In this document: positions 47,224-57,875 of the stretch, in pieces
How positions within the stretch are numbered: the first letter of the stretch is position 1
Layout of the letters: the number at the start of each line of letters is the position of its first letter
Assembly: GCA_027623675.1 (NCBI GenBank)
Contig: JAQBVF010000012.1
Coordinates: 24,350 to 88,349, forward strand
Length of the DNA stretch: 64,000 bases
From: Chloroflexota bacterium
GTDB lineage: Bacteria > Chloroflexota > Dehalococcoidia > Lucifugimonadales > UBA3495
Direction: 5' to 3'
Translations under genes and position numbers: made by a program
Notes under the pieces: model-generated
What the model was told of the DNA's origin: nothing
Database searches by the model: none
The model's input: the letters and a program-made list of their open reading frames with translations, nothing else

Positions 47224-48441
47224 CTAGGTTGCGGCGGCCAATCGGTTGCCGGCGCTCTCCCCAGCGGGCCTGGACTCGGCGCTGATGGGCAGCGTTAGGC
47301 TGAAAGTGCTTCCCTTGCCCTCTTCACTCTCCACCCAGATCTTACCCCCATGGGCCTCCACCAGTTGCTTGGTCACGTACAGACCCAACCCAGTCCCCGA
47401 CACCGCCTGTGCCGATGGGCTGCTGGCCCTGTAGAACTGGGAGAACAGGTTGCGCTGGTCTTCTTGGGAGATGCCGAACCCCGAGTCCACCACGTCGATC
47501 TGGGCGAATCTGCCAGCTTCGTGGACCACCACCGAGATAACGGACCCGGGCGGCGAGTATTTACAGGCGTTGCCCAGCAGGTTAACCATGATCTGAGAAA
47601 GCCTCAGCTCATCGGCGCGGACGTGGGCAACCGCGTCGGGGGAGACCAGTTCCAGCGTCATGCTCTTCTCGTTCAGTTGGTTCTGGATGTATCCCACGAC
47701 ATTTTCTAATTCTTTGGCCAGGTACAGGTCGGTGGCATTGAGCTCCAAGGTGCCAGAATCGATCTTGGCCATGGCCATGATGTCGTCCACCAGTGCGTCC
47801 ATGCGGTAGCCGTTCCGTTGGACGGCCCTCAACTGCCTTAGCTGTGTCTCGTTGGGTGCGCCGTTTCGTTCCCAATCGACCAGGATCAGGTCAACAAAGC
47901 CCGAAAGATTGGCTAACGGAGTCTTCAGTTCATGGCTGGCGAGCGACAACACCTCCGTGGTGCGCCAAACAACTTGGTCCAGTTCGCGGGTCTTTTCCGC
48001 CAGTTTGGCTTCCAGCTTGGCCTTGGTGGACCCGGTTGCTACCCCCATTCCGGTCCGCGCCGCCAGGGATGAGCGGACACGCAGCAGCAGTTCGTGCGGC
48101 TGCACTGGCCGGCAAATCACATCGGTTACGCCGGCGTCCACGGCTTTTTGGACACCGGCAGGGTCGTTCCTGTCCACCAGGCCCAACAAGGCGGTCCGTC
48201 CGACGGATAAAGCGTTCTTCAGTCCGCCAGGGAAACCGGGTCCCTCGGTCTCAGCCTCGGCCAGATTGATTATGACCAGGTCGAATCGGGAAAATAATCG
48301 GTCCAGATGATTGAAGCCGGTGTAGCCGGGAGCGCCCCTAACGGTCTCGGCCGCTACCACGCCGGTGTATCCCGCGGACTCAAGTTCAATTTTAAGCTGG
48401 TCCCGGTCCTTGAAGGACCGGTCTATGATTAGAATGTTCAT
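47224..48441 (-). CDS. Histidine kinase with an N-terminal pseudo-receiver domain
   Basis: [30 protein letters not shown]; the REC-like N-terminus has DLVIINL and CRP. Confidence 0.88.
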   Translation of the reverse strand: MNILIIDRSFKDRDQLKIELESAGYTGVVAAETVRGAPGYTGFNHLDRLFSRFDLVIINLAEAETEGPGFPGGLKNALSVGRTALLGLVDRNDPAGVQKAVDAGVTDVICRPVQPHELLLRVRSSLAARTGMGVATGSTKAKLEAKLAEKTRELDQVVWRTTEVLSLASHELKTPLANLSGFVDLILVDWERNGAPNETQLRQLRAVQRNGYRMDALVDDIMAMAKIDSGTLELNATDLYLAKELENVVGYIQNQLNEKSMTLELVSPDAVAHVRADELRLSQIMVNLLGNACKYSPPGSVISVVVHEAGRFAQIDVVDSGFGISQEDQRNLFSQFYRASSPSAQAVSGTGLGLYVTKQLVEAHGGKIWVESEEGKGSTFSLTLPISAESRPAGESAGNRLAAAT

Positions 48442-48586
48442 CGATCGTTATGCTCTTGAGTCCAGATCATTCGGACTGCCAAAGTCTGGCTGCCACCCGG
48501 ACGTTCCACCCGAATGTTCCAACCGGACGTACCGCGCAGATGTGCGGGTGTAAGGATAACCGGCTTCAGCTAGGCCACCGTCATGG

Positions 48587-48967
48587 CTACTCGTACACAA
48601 CCTCCACACGCGATAGATACTCCGCCAACCCGTTGACCAGTATCTTGATCTCTTGGACCTGCTTACCTAAGGCCGCGCTCTCCAGAGAGCGGCCGATCAG
48701 CGACATGTCTTCGAACCCAAATGACGCGCCGGTGCCGACCAGGTCATGGGCTACGTTTTGGATGTGCTCAAATTCGCCTTGCTCCAGGGCCCGCAGCAGC
48801 GAACCCACACTCTGACGCCGGTGCTCAAGATAGCTGTCCACGATATCGCCTATCCTTGGGTTTACCTGGACGACGATCGTTCCGCCGGACGAAGTGCGAG
48901 GCGTTTGGTTTGGCGATTGCGAGGTCGGATTTAGGGATGCTCTTGACCGCCGCGCCAAGCTACTCAT
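48587..48967 (-). CDS. Hpt (histidine phosphotransfer) domain protein
   Basis: IQNVAHDLVGTGASFGF...LESAA helical-bundle motif. Start uncertain. Confidence 0.78.
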   Translation of the reverse strand: MSSLARRSRASLNPTSQSPNQTPRTSSGGTIVVQVNPRIGDIVDSYLEHRRQSVGSLLRALEQGEFEHIQNVAHDLVGTGASFGFEDMSLIGRSLESAALGKQVQEIKILVNGLAEYLSRVEVVYE

Positions 48968-49145
48968 GACCAGACTCCTTGGCACGGCGCGGAACCCGCG
49001 CTACCCGGTTTAATTCTTGGCTTGCATAAAATCTATAGATTGTTCTACTCTTAATAGCAAATCCGCAATGGATTGTAGGCACGAAATGCATGTTTTGTGA
49101 TCCGTCCGGTCGTACCGGTGGCATTCGCCGGTCCACGGGGGTCTG

Positions 49146-49829
49146 ATGGCCGATACCAAGGTGTTGATCGTCGATGATGAGCCTGATTTTCTGGCGCTCG
49201 TCGAGAACTGGCTGGAGGATGACGGCTACGAAGTCCATACCGCCGCCAACGGTTTGGAGGGCCTGCAGTTGTTCGCGGAAGTCCGGCCTGAACTGACGAT
49301 CACCGACGTGCGGATGCCGGCCATGGATGGGTTTCAACTCATCAGCCGGATCCGGGAGATATCCGACGCCCATATCCTGGCGTTCACCGCCATGGGCGAT
49401 ACCGAGAATACGGTTCGCGGACTTGATCTGGGCGCCGACGACTACTTGGTTAAGCCCATCGCCAGGCGGGAATTTTTGGCCAGGGTGCGCTCCATCGTGC
49501 GGCGGGCAAAATCTCCCGGCGACGCTCCGGTGGAATACCAAGACTCCGTGATCACTTTGGACCTGCTGGCCCACGGCGCTACGTGCCGGGGTGAAGATGT
49601 CCACATGCGTCCCACGGAATACCGGCTGCTCACCTATCTGGCGCTCAACCACGAGCGGGTATTGGGTCATCAGGAACTCCTGGATAACGTATGGGGCAAT
49701 GAGGGAGGCTCGCTTGATTCTCTAAAGTGGTACGTTTCCGCTTTGAGAGACAAACTTGAGACCGATCCCAAGAAGCCCAACATAATCGTTACTTTTCCCA
49801 GGGTGGGATACCGCTACATCCGTCCCTGA
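49146..49829 (+). CDS. OmpR/PhoB-family response regulator
   Basis: VDDE, TDVRMP, GADDYLVKP, PTEYRLL, LRDKLE, VGYRY. Confidence 0.93.
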   Translation: MADTKVLIVDDEPDFLALVENWLEDDGYEVHTAANGLEGLQLFAEVRPELTITDVRMPAMDGFQLISRIREISDAHILAFTAMGDTENTVRGLDLGADDYLVKPIARREFLARVRSIVRRAKSPGDAPVEYQDSVITLDLLAHGATCRGEDVHMRPTEYRLLTYLALNHERVLGHQELLDNVWGNEGGSLDSLKWYVSALRDKLETDPKKPNIIVTFPRVGYRYIRP

Positions 49830-50071
49830 CCCATACCCATCACCACCGCTCCGGCGTTCGATTTCCCACCCGTTTCTCGGCGGTCTGGTCCGCCTACCTG
49901 TGTTAGTAGTTTGCTCAGCCGGGTCGTTAATTGTGTGTGCGAACGGTGTGCGTTTCGCCGCGCAGACACGAACACGGCCAACCGGTAGGGGGCCCGCAGA
50001 GGGTCCAATGGGACGCTACAAGGAAAAGAGGGCGCCGGCTGGCAGGGCCAAGAAAGGGCGGTGAAAGGGTC

Positions 50072-51205
50072 TTACCCGGCGTCAACCCGGGCCAGCGGGC
50101 TTCGGTCCATCAAGGGATGCCTTTCGCCGTTCATCAGCAGTTGCGTGGTCATCTCGGCCAGGGCCGCCGACATCAGAAATCCGTCCGTGCTGGGCACGTT
50201 GAGGAACACCCCGTCAACCCCAGGCGCCGGGCCCACCAGCGGAATGCGGTCTGGGGTTGAGGCAGCGAACGCGGCTATGTTTTCCACCCCGGATGGCTCC
50301 AAGCCAGGCATGATGGCGGCCACCCGTTCCAGCAGCCATTCCTGCGCTTGGAGCGACGGCTTGGTGTCGAACCCGGCGGGGTCGAAGCTGCTTCCGGCGT
50401 GGACCAGTCCATCCTTTCGCGAGACGATGTTCACGCCGTCCCAGCGGACGGCGCAATGCAGCGGCGGCGGGGTTCCCAGGTTGAGGTGCAGCTTCTGCAG
50501 GCCGTACGGTTCTACCGGCAGTTCCAAGCCCAGCCAATCGGACATGAGTTTGGACGTCCAGGCCCCGGTTGCCAGGATAACCGACGAGCATTCCAACGTG
50601 GTCCCGTCCTGGAGGATAACGCCCTTGGCCTGGCCGGCGGCGATGTCCAGTCCCACCACCTGCGTCCCGCCGACCACGTTCGCTCCCGCCGCGCTGGCCG
50701 CCCTGGACAGTGCGGTCATGAACAGCTTGGGTTCCATCTGGATGCAGTCTTGGTGCAGCGTCCCGCCGGTGATCGACGGTGATAAGCGAGGCTCGATCTC
50801 GCGCGCCGTTTCTCCGTCGACCCATTCGGCTTTCAGGCCGGCAGAGCGCAGGTCGTCCAAGATACGGCGGACATCGATTTCTTCTGGGTCGTTGGTTGCG
50901 GCGTACAGATAGCGGACATCCTGCTCCTGGTAATCCACGCCGCCCCATTCCTTGATCTGGGGCAGGTGCTTGCGCCAGAGAGCAAGGCTCTCGGCCCCCA
51001 GGGCGATCCTGTAGGCGTCGTCGTCCCCCGAAGCCGGTTGGACGTTGCCCGCCGAATTGCCGGTTGCTCCCGAGCCTGGGCCGCCCATCTCCAACAGGGT
51101 TACGGCGGCACCCATGGACGCCAGCCGGTAGGCCGTGAAGCAACCCACCACGCCGCCGCCCACGACCACCACCGTGCTTTGGATGTTGCTTTGGGGAACG
51201 GCCAC
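50072..51205 (-). CDS. FAD-dependent oxidoreductase (glycine oxidase/DadA-like)
   Basis: VVGGGVVG, GATGNSAG, LATGAW, TPDRIPLVG. Confidence 0.88.
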   Translation of the reverse strand: MAVPQSNIQSTVVVVGGGVVGCFTAYRLASMGAAVTLLEMGGPGSGATGNSAGNVQPASGDDDAYRIALGAESLALWRKHLPQIKEWGGVDYQEQDVRYLYAATNDPEEIDVRRILDDLRSAGLKAEWVDGETAREIEPRLSPSITGGTLHQDCIQMEPKLFMTALSRAASAAGANVVGGTQVVGLDIAAGQAKGVILQDGTTLECSSVILATGAWTSKLMSDWLGLELPVEPYGLQKLHLNLGTPPPLHCAVRWDGVNIVSRKDGLVHAGSSFDPAGFDTKPSLQAQEWLLERVAAIMPGLEPSGVENIAAFAASTPDRIPLVGPAPGVDGVFLNVPSTDGFLMSAALAEMTTQLLMNGERHPLMDRSPLARVDAG

Positions 51206-52179
51206 TAGCCGACGTCCACCACGACTTTGCCGATCGCGCCGTGCTCCACGGCCAGGTGGGCGTCTTTCAGTCGCTCCAGCGGGAAATGTGCGCCTGGGAA
51301 AGCCTGCAACTTGCCCTGCTCTAGCCAGGACGTGATATCGGAGACAGCCGCGGTTTTGGCCGACTCGGCCATGTCGTAAACCAAGACCAAGCGGACGGTT
51401 ACATTGGTCGACCTGAAATTAAGTGGCACCGCTGGAGCCTGGCTGCTGCCGGCGGAATAGACCGCCAGCACGCCCGAGGACCGGATCACCTCACGGCTCA
51501 CCGGGAAGTTGGCCGCCAGGTCCACTTCCACCACGTGGTCCACGCCCTGACCTCCGGTCAACTTGAATATCCTGGCGGCGGTATCGCCCTCGCGGTAGTT
51601 GACGGTGTGATCGGCCCCGGCCGCCAAGGCGATCTGGGCCTTCTCGTCGGAGCTGACCGTGCTGATGACCGTCGCCCCGCCCAACTTGGCCTGTTGGATG
51701 GCGTAATGGCCGACGGCGCCCGCTCCGCCGGTGACCAGAACGGTCTTGCCGGTGACCGGTCCATCGGAGAAGACGCAGCGGTGCGCCGTCATGGCGGGCA
51801 CGCCCAGCCCGGCCCCCATGCCGAAATCGGTGTTGTCGGGCAGGCGCACGGCGTGACCGCTGGGCTGAACGGTGTATTCCGCGCCGGTGCCGAATGGCCG
51901 CCCGAACTGGGACTCGAACAGCCAGACCCGCTCGCCGATTCGTGACTGGGCCACGCCATCGCCCACCGCGTCGATCACGCCGGCGCCGTCCTGGTTGGGG
52001 ATGACGCGGGGAAAGCCGATCCGGGCCGTGAGGCCCTGGCGGCGCTTCCAGTCGGAGGGGTTCACGCCGGACGCGGCAACCCGGACCCTGACTTCACCCG
52101 GCCCTGGCTCGGGGTCGGGCATGTCGCCGTATTCCAAGATGTTCGCGGGGCCGTTTTGCTCGTACCAGACAGCTTTCAT
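51205..52179 (-). CDS. NADPH:quinone reductase (zeta-crystallin-like MDR)
   Basis: SGVNPSD, DGAGVIDAVG, TGGAGAVG, GKVVV. Confidence 0.9.
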   Translation of the reverse strand: MKAVWYEQNGPANILEYGDMPDPEPGPGEVRVRVAASGVNPSDWKRRQGLTARIGFPRVIPNQDGAGVIDAVGDGVAQSRIGERVWLFESQFGRPFGTGAEYTVQPSGHAVRLPDNTDFGMGAGLGVPAMTAHRCVFSDGPVTGKTVLVTGGAGAVGHYAIQQAKLGGATVISTVSSDEKAQIALAAGADHTVNYREGDTAARIFKLTGGQGVDHVVEVDLAANFPVSREVIRSSGVLAVYSAGSSQAPAVPLNFRSTNVTVRLVLVYDMAESAKTAAVSDITSWLEQGKLQAFPGAHFPLERLKDAHLAVEHGAIGKVVVDVG

Positions 52180-52227
52180 ATCCTGGCCGTGGTCCTAACG
52201 AATATAGGTAGAATATGGGGATCCTGG

Positions 52228-53394
52228 CTATGACCGGCTGGCGTAATCCGACTTGGCCCGGTCGATGGCCTGCGTCCGCCCGGCCGTCAGGGTTTCCCGG
52301 TGCTCGTATGCCCACTTGTTGGAGGCTGCGGGGCCGAGGGTGGAGCCCTGGAACCGGGGCATGACGTAACGGGCCAGCAGCTCGAAGCTGTGCAGGACAT
52401 GTTCCCGCTGCGCCCAGTCAACGGTCTGGACCATCAACCCGCCAAAGCCGCCGCTGCGCTCTTCAAGTTTGCGGATGCCGGCGGTCACATCGTCGGGGTC
52501 GCCGATGATCCAGGTGCCGTTTTCGACCATGGCGTCGATGATCTTTTCCTGGGGGCCGTCGATGACGGGGTCGCGGCCCATGGTGTGCTCGAAATACTCA
52601 CCCTGGTAGCGGCCGGCGCCCAAACGTGCCTGCTCGAAGGCCTCCTTGCGGGTCTCCGCCACGTGCACCGGGATCACCAACCGCCAGTCGTCGCGGTTGA
52701 CCGTTTTACCATGCTCGGCGGCCGATTCCTCGGCGATGGCCCAGAGTCCGGCCAGATCAGACTGCACCGCCGACGGGTCACGGGGCCGTGTGATGGTCAG
52801 CACCGACGCACCGTACTTGCCGGCCAGGGCAACCCCGGCGGGCGACTGCACCGATGCCACCGCGATGGGCATGTGGGGCTTGGTGTAGGGCCGCAGTTGC
52901 AGCATGGCTTCCCGCAGCTCGAACCAGTCGCTCTTGTAGGTTATGGGCTCGGTCTCGGTCATCAACCGCAGCACCAGGCCGAACGCCTCGTCCATCTTGG
53001 CGCGCTGGGTGGTGGGGTCGATGCCCAGCATGTAGGCGTCGCCGGGCAGCGCGCCCGGTCCCACGCCCAGCATCACCCGGCCGTGGGTCATGTGGTCCAG
53101 TTGTACCATGCGGTTGGCCACCATGAAGGGATGGTGGTAGGGCAGGCTGATCACGCCGGTGCCCAGCTTGATGTGCTTGGTGCGGTCGGCGGCCACGGCG
53201 ATGAACAACTCGGGCGATGAGATGGTCTCCCAGCCGGCGCTGTGGTGCTCGCCGATCCAGGCTTCGTCATAGCCCAGTGAGTCGAGCCACTGGACCAACT
53301 CCAGGTCGCGGTCCAGGGCCAAGGTGGGGTTCTCACCGACGCGGTGGAAAGGCCCCATGAATATTCCGAATTTCAGCCTCTCTGGTAGAGCCAT
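52228..53394 (-). CDS. LLM-class flavin-dependent monooxygenase (LimB-like)
   Basis: FGIFMGPFH, WIGEHHSAGWE, GVGPGALPGDA, ARYVMPRFQG. Confidence 0.9.
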   Translation of the reverse strand: MALPERLKFGIFMGPFHRVGENPTLALDRDLELVQWLDSLGYDEAWIGEHHSAGWETISSPELFIAVAADRTKHIKLGTGVISLPYHHPFMVANRMVQLDHMTHGRVMLGVGPGALPGDAYMLGIDPTTQRAKMDEAFGLVLRLMTETEPITYKSDWFELREAMLQLRPYTKPHMPIAVASVQSPAGVALAGKYGASVLTITRPRDPSAVQSDLAGLWAIAEESAAEHGKTVNRDDWRLVIPVHVAETRKEAFEQARLGAGRYQGEYFEHTMGRDPVIDGPQEKIIDAMVENGTWIIGDPDDVTAGIRKLEERSGGFGGLMVQTVDWAQREHVLHSFELLARYVMPRFQGSTLGPAASNKWAYEHRETLTAGRTQAIDRAKSDYASRS

Positions 53395-53589
53395 GCGATC
53401 AATTCTCCTAACCGGTTGTCTAGCGCTGGTTCCTCCGCCGTGTGATGTGTCGCCCGGACCTAAATGCCGGGGACACAGGCCGACATAACTACTGGCGGTG
53501 GATATTGGGGCGCATTATAGCTTTCTGTTGTTTCATGTGCCAATGTGCTGACCTCAGACCTTAGACCCCAATGGGTAACCCAGGGTAGA

Positions 53590-53618
53590 TTGACGACACC
53601 CGCCGCCGGTAGTAGTCT
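53590..53618 (+). promoter_or_regulatory. Possible sigma70-type promoter
   Basis: TTGACG-17 nt-TAGTCT upstream of the dienelactone hydrolase gene. Confidence 0.5.
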
Positions 53619-53726
53619 ACTGCGTGCCCACCGGCATTATGCGGGCGCCGGATTCCTGTTTCTTCACCTGGACCCACATACGGACTCAAGATCTTGAGCC
53701 CAATATTTGAAAAGGAAGGTCTATTC

Positions 53727-54470
53727 ATGAGTTACGAAGGTATGCTAGCGGAAACCGTGCTTATCAACGGACACAACGGAGACCAGATAGACGCCTACCT
53801 GGCCCGTCCTCTGGGCGCTGGCCCCGTCGGCGGCGTGGTCCTGATCCACCATATGCCCGGCTGGGACGCAGCTTCTAAAGAGATGGCCCGGAAGCTGGCC
53901 TACAACGGCTTTGCCACCATCTCGCCCAACCTCCACTTCCGCGAGGGCAAGGGCAACCCCACCGACAACAGCACCAGCATCCGCGAGGCCGGCGGCATGC
54001 CCGACGACCGCACCATGGGCGACGTGGCGGCGGCGATGGCCTACCTGCGTAGCCTGCCTTATCTCAACGGCAAGGTTGGCCTCATCGGCTTCTGCTCCGG
54101 CGGACGCCAGACCTACCTGGGCGCCTGCACCCTGGACAATGTGAACGCCGCGGTCGACTGCTGGGGTGGCGGAGTAACCAAGGGCAACGATGAGCTGACC
54201 CCCGCCCAGCCCCGCTGGCCCATCGAGTTCACCGACGGACTTAGCTGCCCAATGTTGGGACTGTTTGGTGAGGAAGACGCCAGGCCGTCTCCCGCTGACG
54301 TGGCGGAGACCGAGGCCGAACTGAAGCGCTTGGGCAAGGACTTCGAATTCCACATGTACCCCAACGCCGGCCACGGGTTCTTCGCGGTCGACCGGCCCAG
54401 CTACCGCCAAGAAGCGGCCACCGACGGCTGGGAAAAGGTAATCGGCTTCTTCGGCAAGCACTTGAGCTAG
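53727..54470 (+). CDS. Dienelactone hydrolase-family protein
   Basis: GFCSGG nucleophile motif, FGEED, AGHGF; AGGAAGG RBS before MSYEG. Confidence 0.9.
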   Translation: MSYEGMLAETVLINGHNGDQIDAYLARPLGAGPVGGVVLIHHMPGWDAASKEMARKLAYNGFATISPNLHFREGKGNPTDNSTSIREAGGMPDDRTMGDVAAAMAYLRSLPYLNGKVGLIGFCSGGRQTYLGACTLDNVNAAVDCWGGGVTKGNDELTPAQPRWPIEFTDGLSCPMLGLFGEEDARPSPADVAETEAELKRLGKDFEFHMYPNAGHGFFAVDRPSYRQEAATDGWEKVIGFFGKHLS

Positions 54471-54497
54471 ACGTCCGCACCGGTATCATAGGCTAAT

Positions 54498-54529
54498 AAA
54501 AAGGGCTGCCGCGATCGGCAGCCCTTTTT
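54498..54529. terminator. Bidirectional intrinsic terminator
   Basis: AAAAAGGGCTGCCG-CGAT-CGGCAGCCCTTTTT. Confidence 0.88.
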
Positions 54530-54582
54530 GTTTGTTCCGAGAGTTTTCGCGGAGTTTTTTCGCGGATTTTATGCTACGTGAT

Positions 54583-55539
54583 CTAGTTGTAGCGGATCCG
54601 TGGGTCAAGCCAGCCGTAGAGTAGGTCCACCACCAGGTTGATCAGCAGCACCCCGGTGCCGATGACCACGATCACCGCCTGAATCATGGGGAAGTCCCGG
54701 TGGAAGATGGCCTCGATAAGGATGCGGCCAACGCCCGGAATCAGGAAGATTGTCTCGATGATCACCGCGCCCTCGAATAGACGGGCGAACTGCCAGCCGG
54801 AGATGGTCAGGATGGGCAGGAACGCGTTCTTCAGTCCGTGGCGCACCAACACCACTCTCTCCGAAAGTCCCTTGGCCCGGGCCGTCCGCATGTAATCCTC
54901 GCGCAGAACCTCCATCATGGCCGATCGGGTTACCCTGGCGATGAAGGCCATGTCGTAGATCGCCAACGCCAGCGCGGGGAAGATCATCTGCTGCATGTTG
55001 CGTAGCGGGTCGTCCCAAAGCTCAGCGTAGCCCAGCGGCGGCAGCCAGTTGAAGACATTCAACAGGAAAAGTATCAGCAGGATGGCCATCAGGAAGTTGG
55101 GGATCGCGATGCCGACGATGGTGAAGGTGCGAGCGCCCAGGTCCAACCAGCTATTCGGCTTGATGGCGGACAGTATCCCCAGGGGCACGGAGAGCGCCAC
55201 CGACATGACGATGGCCAGGACCGCCAGTTCCAACGTCCTGGGAACCCGGTTGCCCAACTCGTTCATCACTGGGGCCTTGAACCACAGCGAGTCGCCGAAA
55301 TCGCCCTTCAGGATCCCGCCGATCCAGTCGGCGTATTGCACAACCAGGCTCCGGTCGGTGCCAAGTTCCTGCCTCAGATTGATCAGGTCCTGCTCGGTGT
55401 AGGAGCCGCCGCCGTCCCCCTCCAGCAGGGCGATGGCCGGGTCTCCGGGGACCACGCGCATCACCACGAAAACCAATATGGTCATCAACAGCACCGTGGG
55501 GAGGAACAGGCCGATCCTCTTGATGGCGTATCGGGTCAT
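54583..55539 (-). CDS. Peptide/nickel ABC transporter permease (DppB/OppB family)
   Basis: PGDPA, GDFGDS, TRSAMMEVLREDYMRTARAKGL, DPRIRY. Confidence 0.92.
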   Translation of the reverse strand: MTRYAIKRIGLFLPTVLLMTILVFVVMRVVPGDPAIALLEGDGGGSYTEQDLINLRQELGTDRSLVVQYADWIGGILKGDFGDSLWFKAPVMNELGNRVPRTLELAVLAIVMSVALSVPLGILSAIKPNSWLDLGARTFTIVGIAIPNFLMAILLILFLLNVFNWLPPLGYAELWDDPLRNMQQMIFPALALAIYDMAFIARVTRSAMMEVLREDYMRTARAKGLSERVVLVRHGLKNAFLPILTISGWQFARLFEGAVIIETIFLIPGVGRILIEAIFHRDFPMIQAVIVVIGTGVLLINLVVDLLYGWLDPRIRYN

Positions 55540-55773
55540 TGGGAGGTCCGGATCATCTGGACGGGTTTCTCCAGGTTGGATCGGTCCGCGTCGACGTGTG
55601 TCGGAACGGCTTCACTATATCAGAGCGTTGGTCTGATGGGGCTTTCCCTACCGGCAAGGAGCGGTTGCGAAAAATGGCGTGACAGCGGATTATGTATCCA
55701 GCGATTTTTCCCGGTCGCCAGACCAAGACCAAGTCCGGCCCTGAAGATACTGGAAGACCCTTTAGGAGGAAAC

Positions 55774-56823
55774 ATGGCAGAGATTGTGTTGGGCCTTGGC
55801 ACTTCCCACAGTCCCATGTTGAGCCTGCCCGGCGACATGTGGGGCGAGTACGCCGCCCGCGACAAAGGCAACCCCATGCTGCTGTCTTTGGAGGACGGCT
55901 CCACCAAGACCTACGAAGAGCTGCTCAGCGCAGCCGATCCGTCCATCGCTTCCCGGTTGACAACCGAGGTCTTCCAGGCCCAGTACGAGGCCTGCCAGAA
56001 AGCCATCTCGGCGCTGGAAGACGCCATGAATGACGCCGACCCCGACGTGGTAATCATCGTGGGCGACGACCAGGAAGAGCTGTTCTTCGATGACAACAGG
56101 CCCATGTTTTCCATCTACTGGGGCGACACCATGCTGCTCACCCCCCGGCCTGTGGGCGAGAATGCGTCTCCGGCGACCAAGGCTTCCATGTGGGGTTACG
56201 GCGATGTGGAGATGGACGTGCCCGTGGACGCGGAATTGGGTCTGCACCTGATCCAGAGCTTGATAGAAGACGACTTCGACATCGCCCAAGCCCGCTACAT
56301 GAACGAGGAGGCCGGGGGCGTTGTTGGGCCCATCGGCTACGTGACCAAGCAGAACGTGACCAAGCGCCGCCCCCAGGCCATGCCCCATGCCTACGCCTAC
56401 GTGGTGAAGCGGATCATGAACAACAAGATCAGGCCCATCGTGCCCGTGACCCAAAACACCTTCTATCCGCCCAACCAGCCCACGCCAAAGCGCTGCTACA
56501 GCCTGGGCCGGTCCATCGCCAAGGTCGTCAAGGACTGGGACAGCGATAAAAAGGTTGCCATAGTCGGCTCTGGCGGTCTGAGCCATTTCTTGGTTGACGA
56601 AGAGATCGACCGAATGGCCATCAAAGGCATGAAGGAAAAAGACGCCGACGCCCTGGCCGCTCTGCCCCGCTACCGGCTGAACTCGGGCAGCTCGGAGATA
56701 CTGAACTGGATCACCGCGGCCGGAGCCTGCGAGCACCTGGACATGGACGTTGTGGACTACGTTCCCGTCTACCGCTCTCCTGCCGGCACCGGCGGCGGTT
56801 GGGGATTCGCCCTCTGGCGTTAA
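55774..56823 (+). CDS. Extradiol ring-cleavage dioxygenase, LigB-type
   Basis: GTSHSPML, PDVVIIVGDDQ, SGGLSHF, SEILNWI; AGGAGG RBS. Confidence 0.85.
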   Translation: MAEIVLGLGTSHSPMLSLPGDMWGEYAARDKGNPMLLSLEDGSTKTYEELLSAADPSIASRLTTEVFQAQYEACQKAISALEDAMNDADPDVVIIVGDDQEELFFDDNRPMFSIYWGDTMLLTPRPVGENASPATKASMWGYGDVEMDVPVDAELGLHLIQSLIEDDFDIAQARYMNEEAGGVVGPIGYVTKQNVTKRRPQAMPHAYAYVVKRIMNNKIRPIVPVTQNTFYPPNQPTPKRCYSLGRSIAKVVKDWDSDKKVAIVGSGGLSHFLVDEEIDRMAIKGMKEKDADALAALPRYRLNSGSSEILNWITAAGACEHLDMDVVDYVPVYRSPAGTGGGWGFALWR

Positions 56824-56927
56824 ACCCGGCCGGCGCATAGATCACGCAACATACGGCCCGCCCGGACCAAACATCTCGGCGGGCCGGTCTGAGTCCGGAG
56901 TAATCAGGCTATATCGAGGTCTTATCA

Positions 56928-57833
56928 ATGGCAGAGGCCCCTAGAGCGCAGGCCCCTAAATCAGATGCCCCCAGGGAAGAATGGGTAACAGTAGATGGCA
57001 TGAGCTTTCATTACCGAGACTGGGGCGGTTCCGGCCAGCCGATAGTGTTGCTGCATGGGTTGGCTTCCACCTGCCATATCTGGGACATGGTTGCACCCAT
57101 CTTGGCCCAGGGCCAAGCGGTGATCGCCCTGGACCAGCGGGGCCATGGGGAGAGCGCCAAACCCAACGAGGGCTTCGATTTCGCCTCGGTGACCAACGAT
57201 GTTATCGGCGTGATCAAGCAGTTGGGCGTCGGCCCGGCCTTAGTGGTCGGCCATTCGTGGGGCGGCAGCGTGGCCTTGGAATTGGCGGTCAGAGCGCCCG
57301 AGTTGGTTAAAGGCATGGTCTGGGTCGACGGCGGCATGATAAACATCACCGCCAGGTATTCCAACGTCGAAGACGCCAAATTGGAGATGGCCCCGCCGGA
57401 CTTCACCGGGGTGAAGGTGGGTGATTTCATGGACCGGGTCCGCACCCGCCACCTGGGAGCCGGCATGGCGCCGGCGGTTGGCGACATCGTGCTGGCCAAC
57501 TTTGAGGTCCTGGAAGACCAGACCATCAAGGCCCGTCTCTCGCGGGCCAATCATCTGCGAATCATAGAAGCCCTCTGGGACCACCGGCCCCAGGACCTCT
57601 ACCAGAAGGTGCAATGCCCGGTGCTGGTCTTGCCGGCCCGCCAGAAGAACCAAGCCCAGGCGACCCAAGAGAGGGGCCAGCGGCGAATCATGTCGGTGGA
57701 CCAGGCGGCGGAGCTGCTGCCTCAGAGCAAGACGATCTGGCTTGAGGACAGCATCCACGATGTGCCCATCCAGAGGCCCGAATTGGTGGCGGGGCTGATC
57801 AAGGACCACCTGTCCGCCGGGTTCTTCGGCTAG
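56928..57833 (+). CDS. Alpha/beta hydrolase
   Basis: LLHGL, DQRGHGES, GHSWGG, C-terminal His (SIHDV). Confidence 0.9.
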   Translation: MAEAPRAQAPKSDAPREEWVTVDGMSFHYRDWGGSGQPIVLLHGLASTCHIWDMVAPILAQGQAVIALDQRGHGESAKPNEGFDFASVTNDVIGVIKQLGVGPALVVGHSWGGSVALELAVRAPELVKGMVWVDGGMINITARYSNVEDAKLEMAPPDFTGVKVGDFMDRVRTRHLGAGMAPAVGDIVLANFEVLEDQTIKARLSRANHLRIIEALWDHRPQDLYQKVQCPVLVLPARQKNQAQATQERGQRRIMSVDQAAELLPQSKTIWLEDSIHDVPIQRPELVAGLIKDHLSAGFFG

Positions 57834-57875
57834 ATCGCTATCTCCGGTTCTACCCGCTGATCTGAGGAACGAAAC

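Noticed and set aside
2762..56838. Long antisense or alternate-frame ORFs (e.g. 2762-3703, 8701-9879, 13535-14632, 15332-16591, 22838-24106, 25944-27074, 55762-56838)
   Set aside because: They overlap well-supported genes and lack motifs; they are typical high-GC shadow ORFs.
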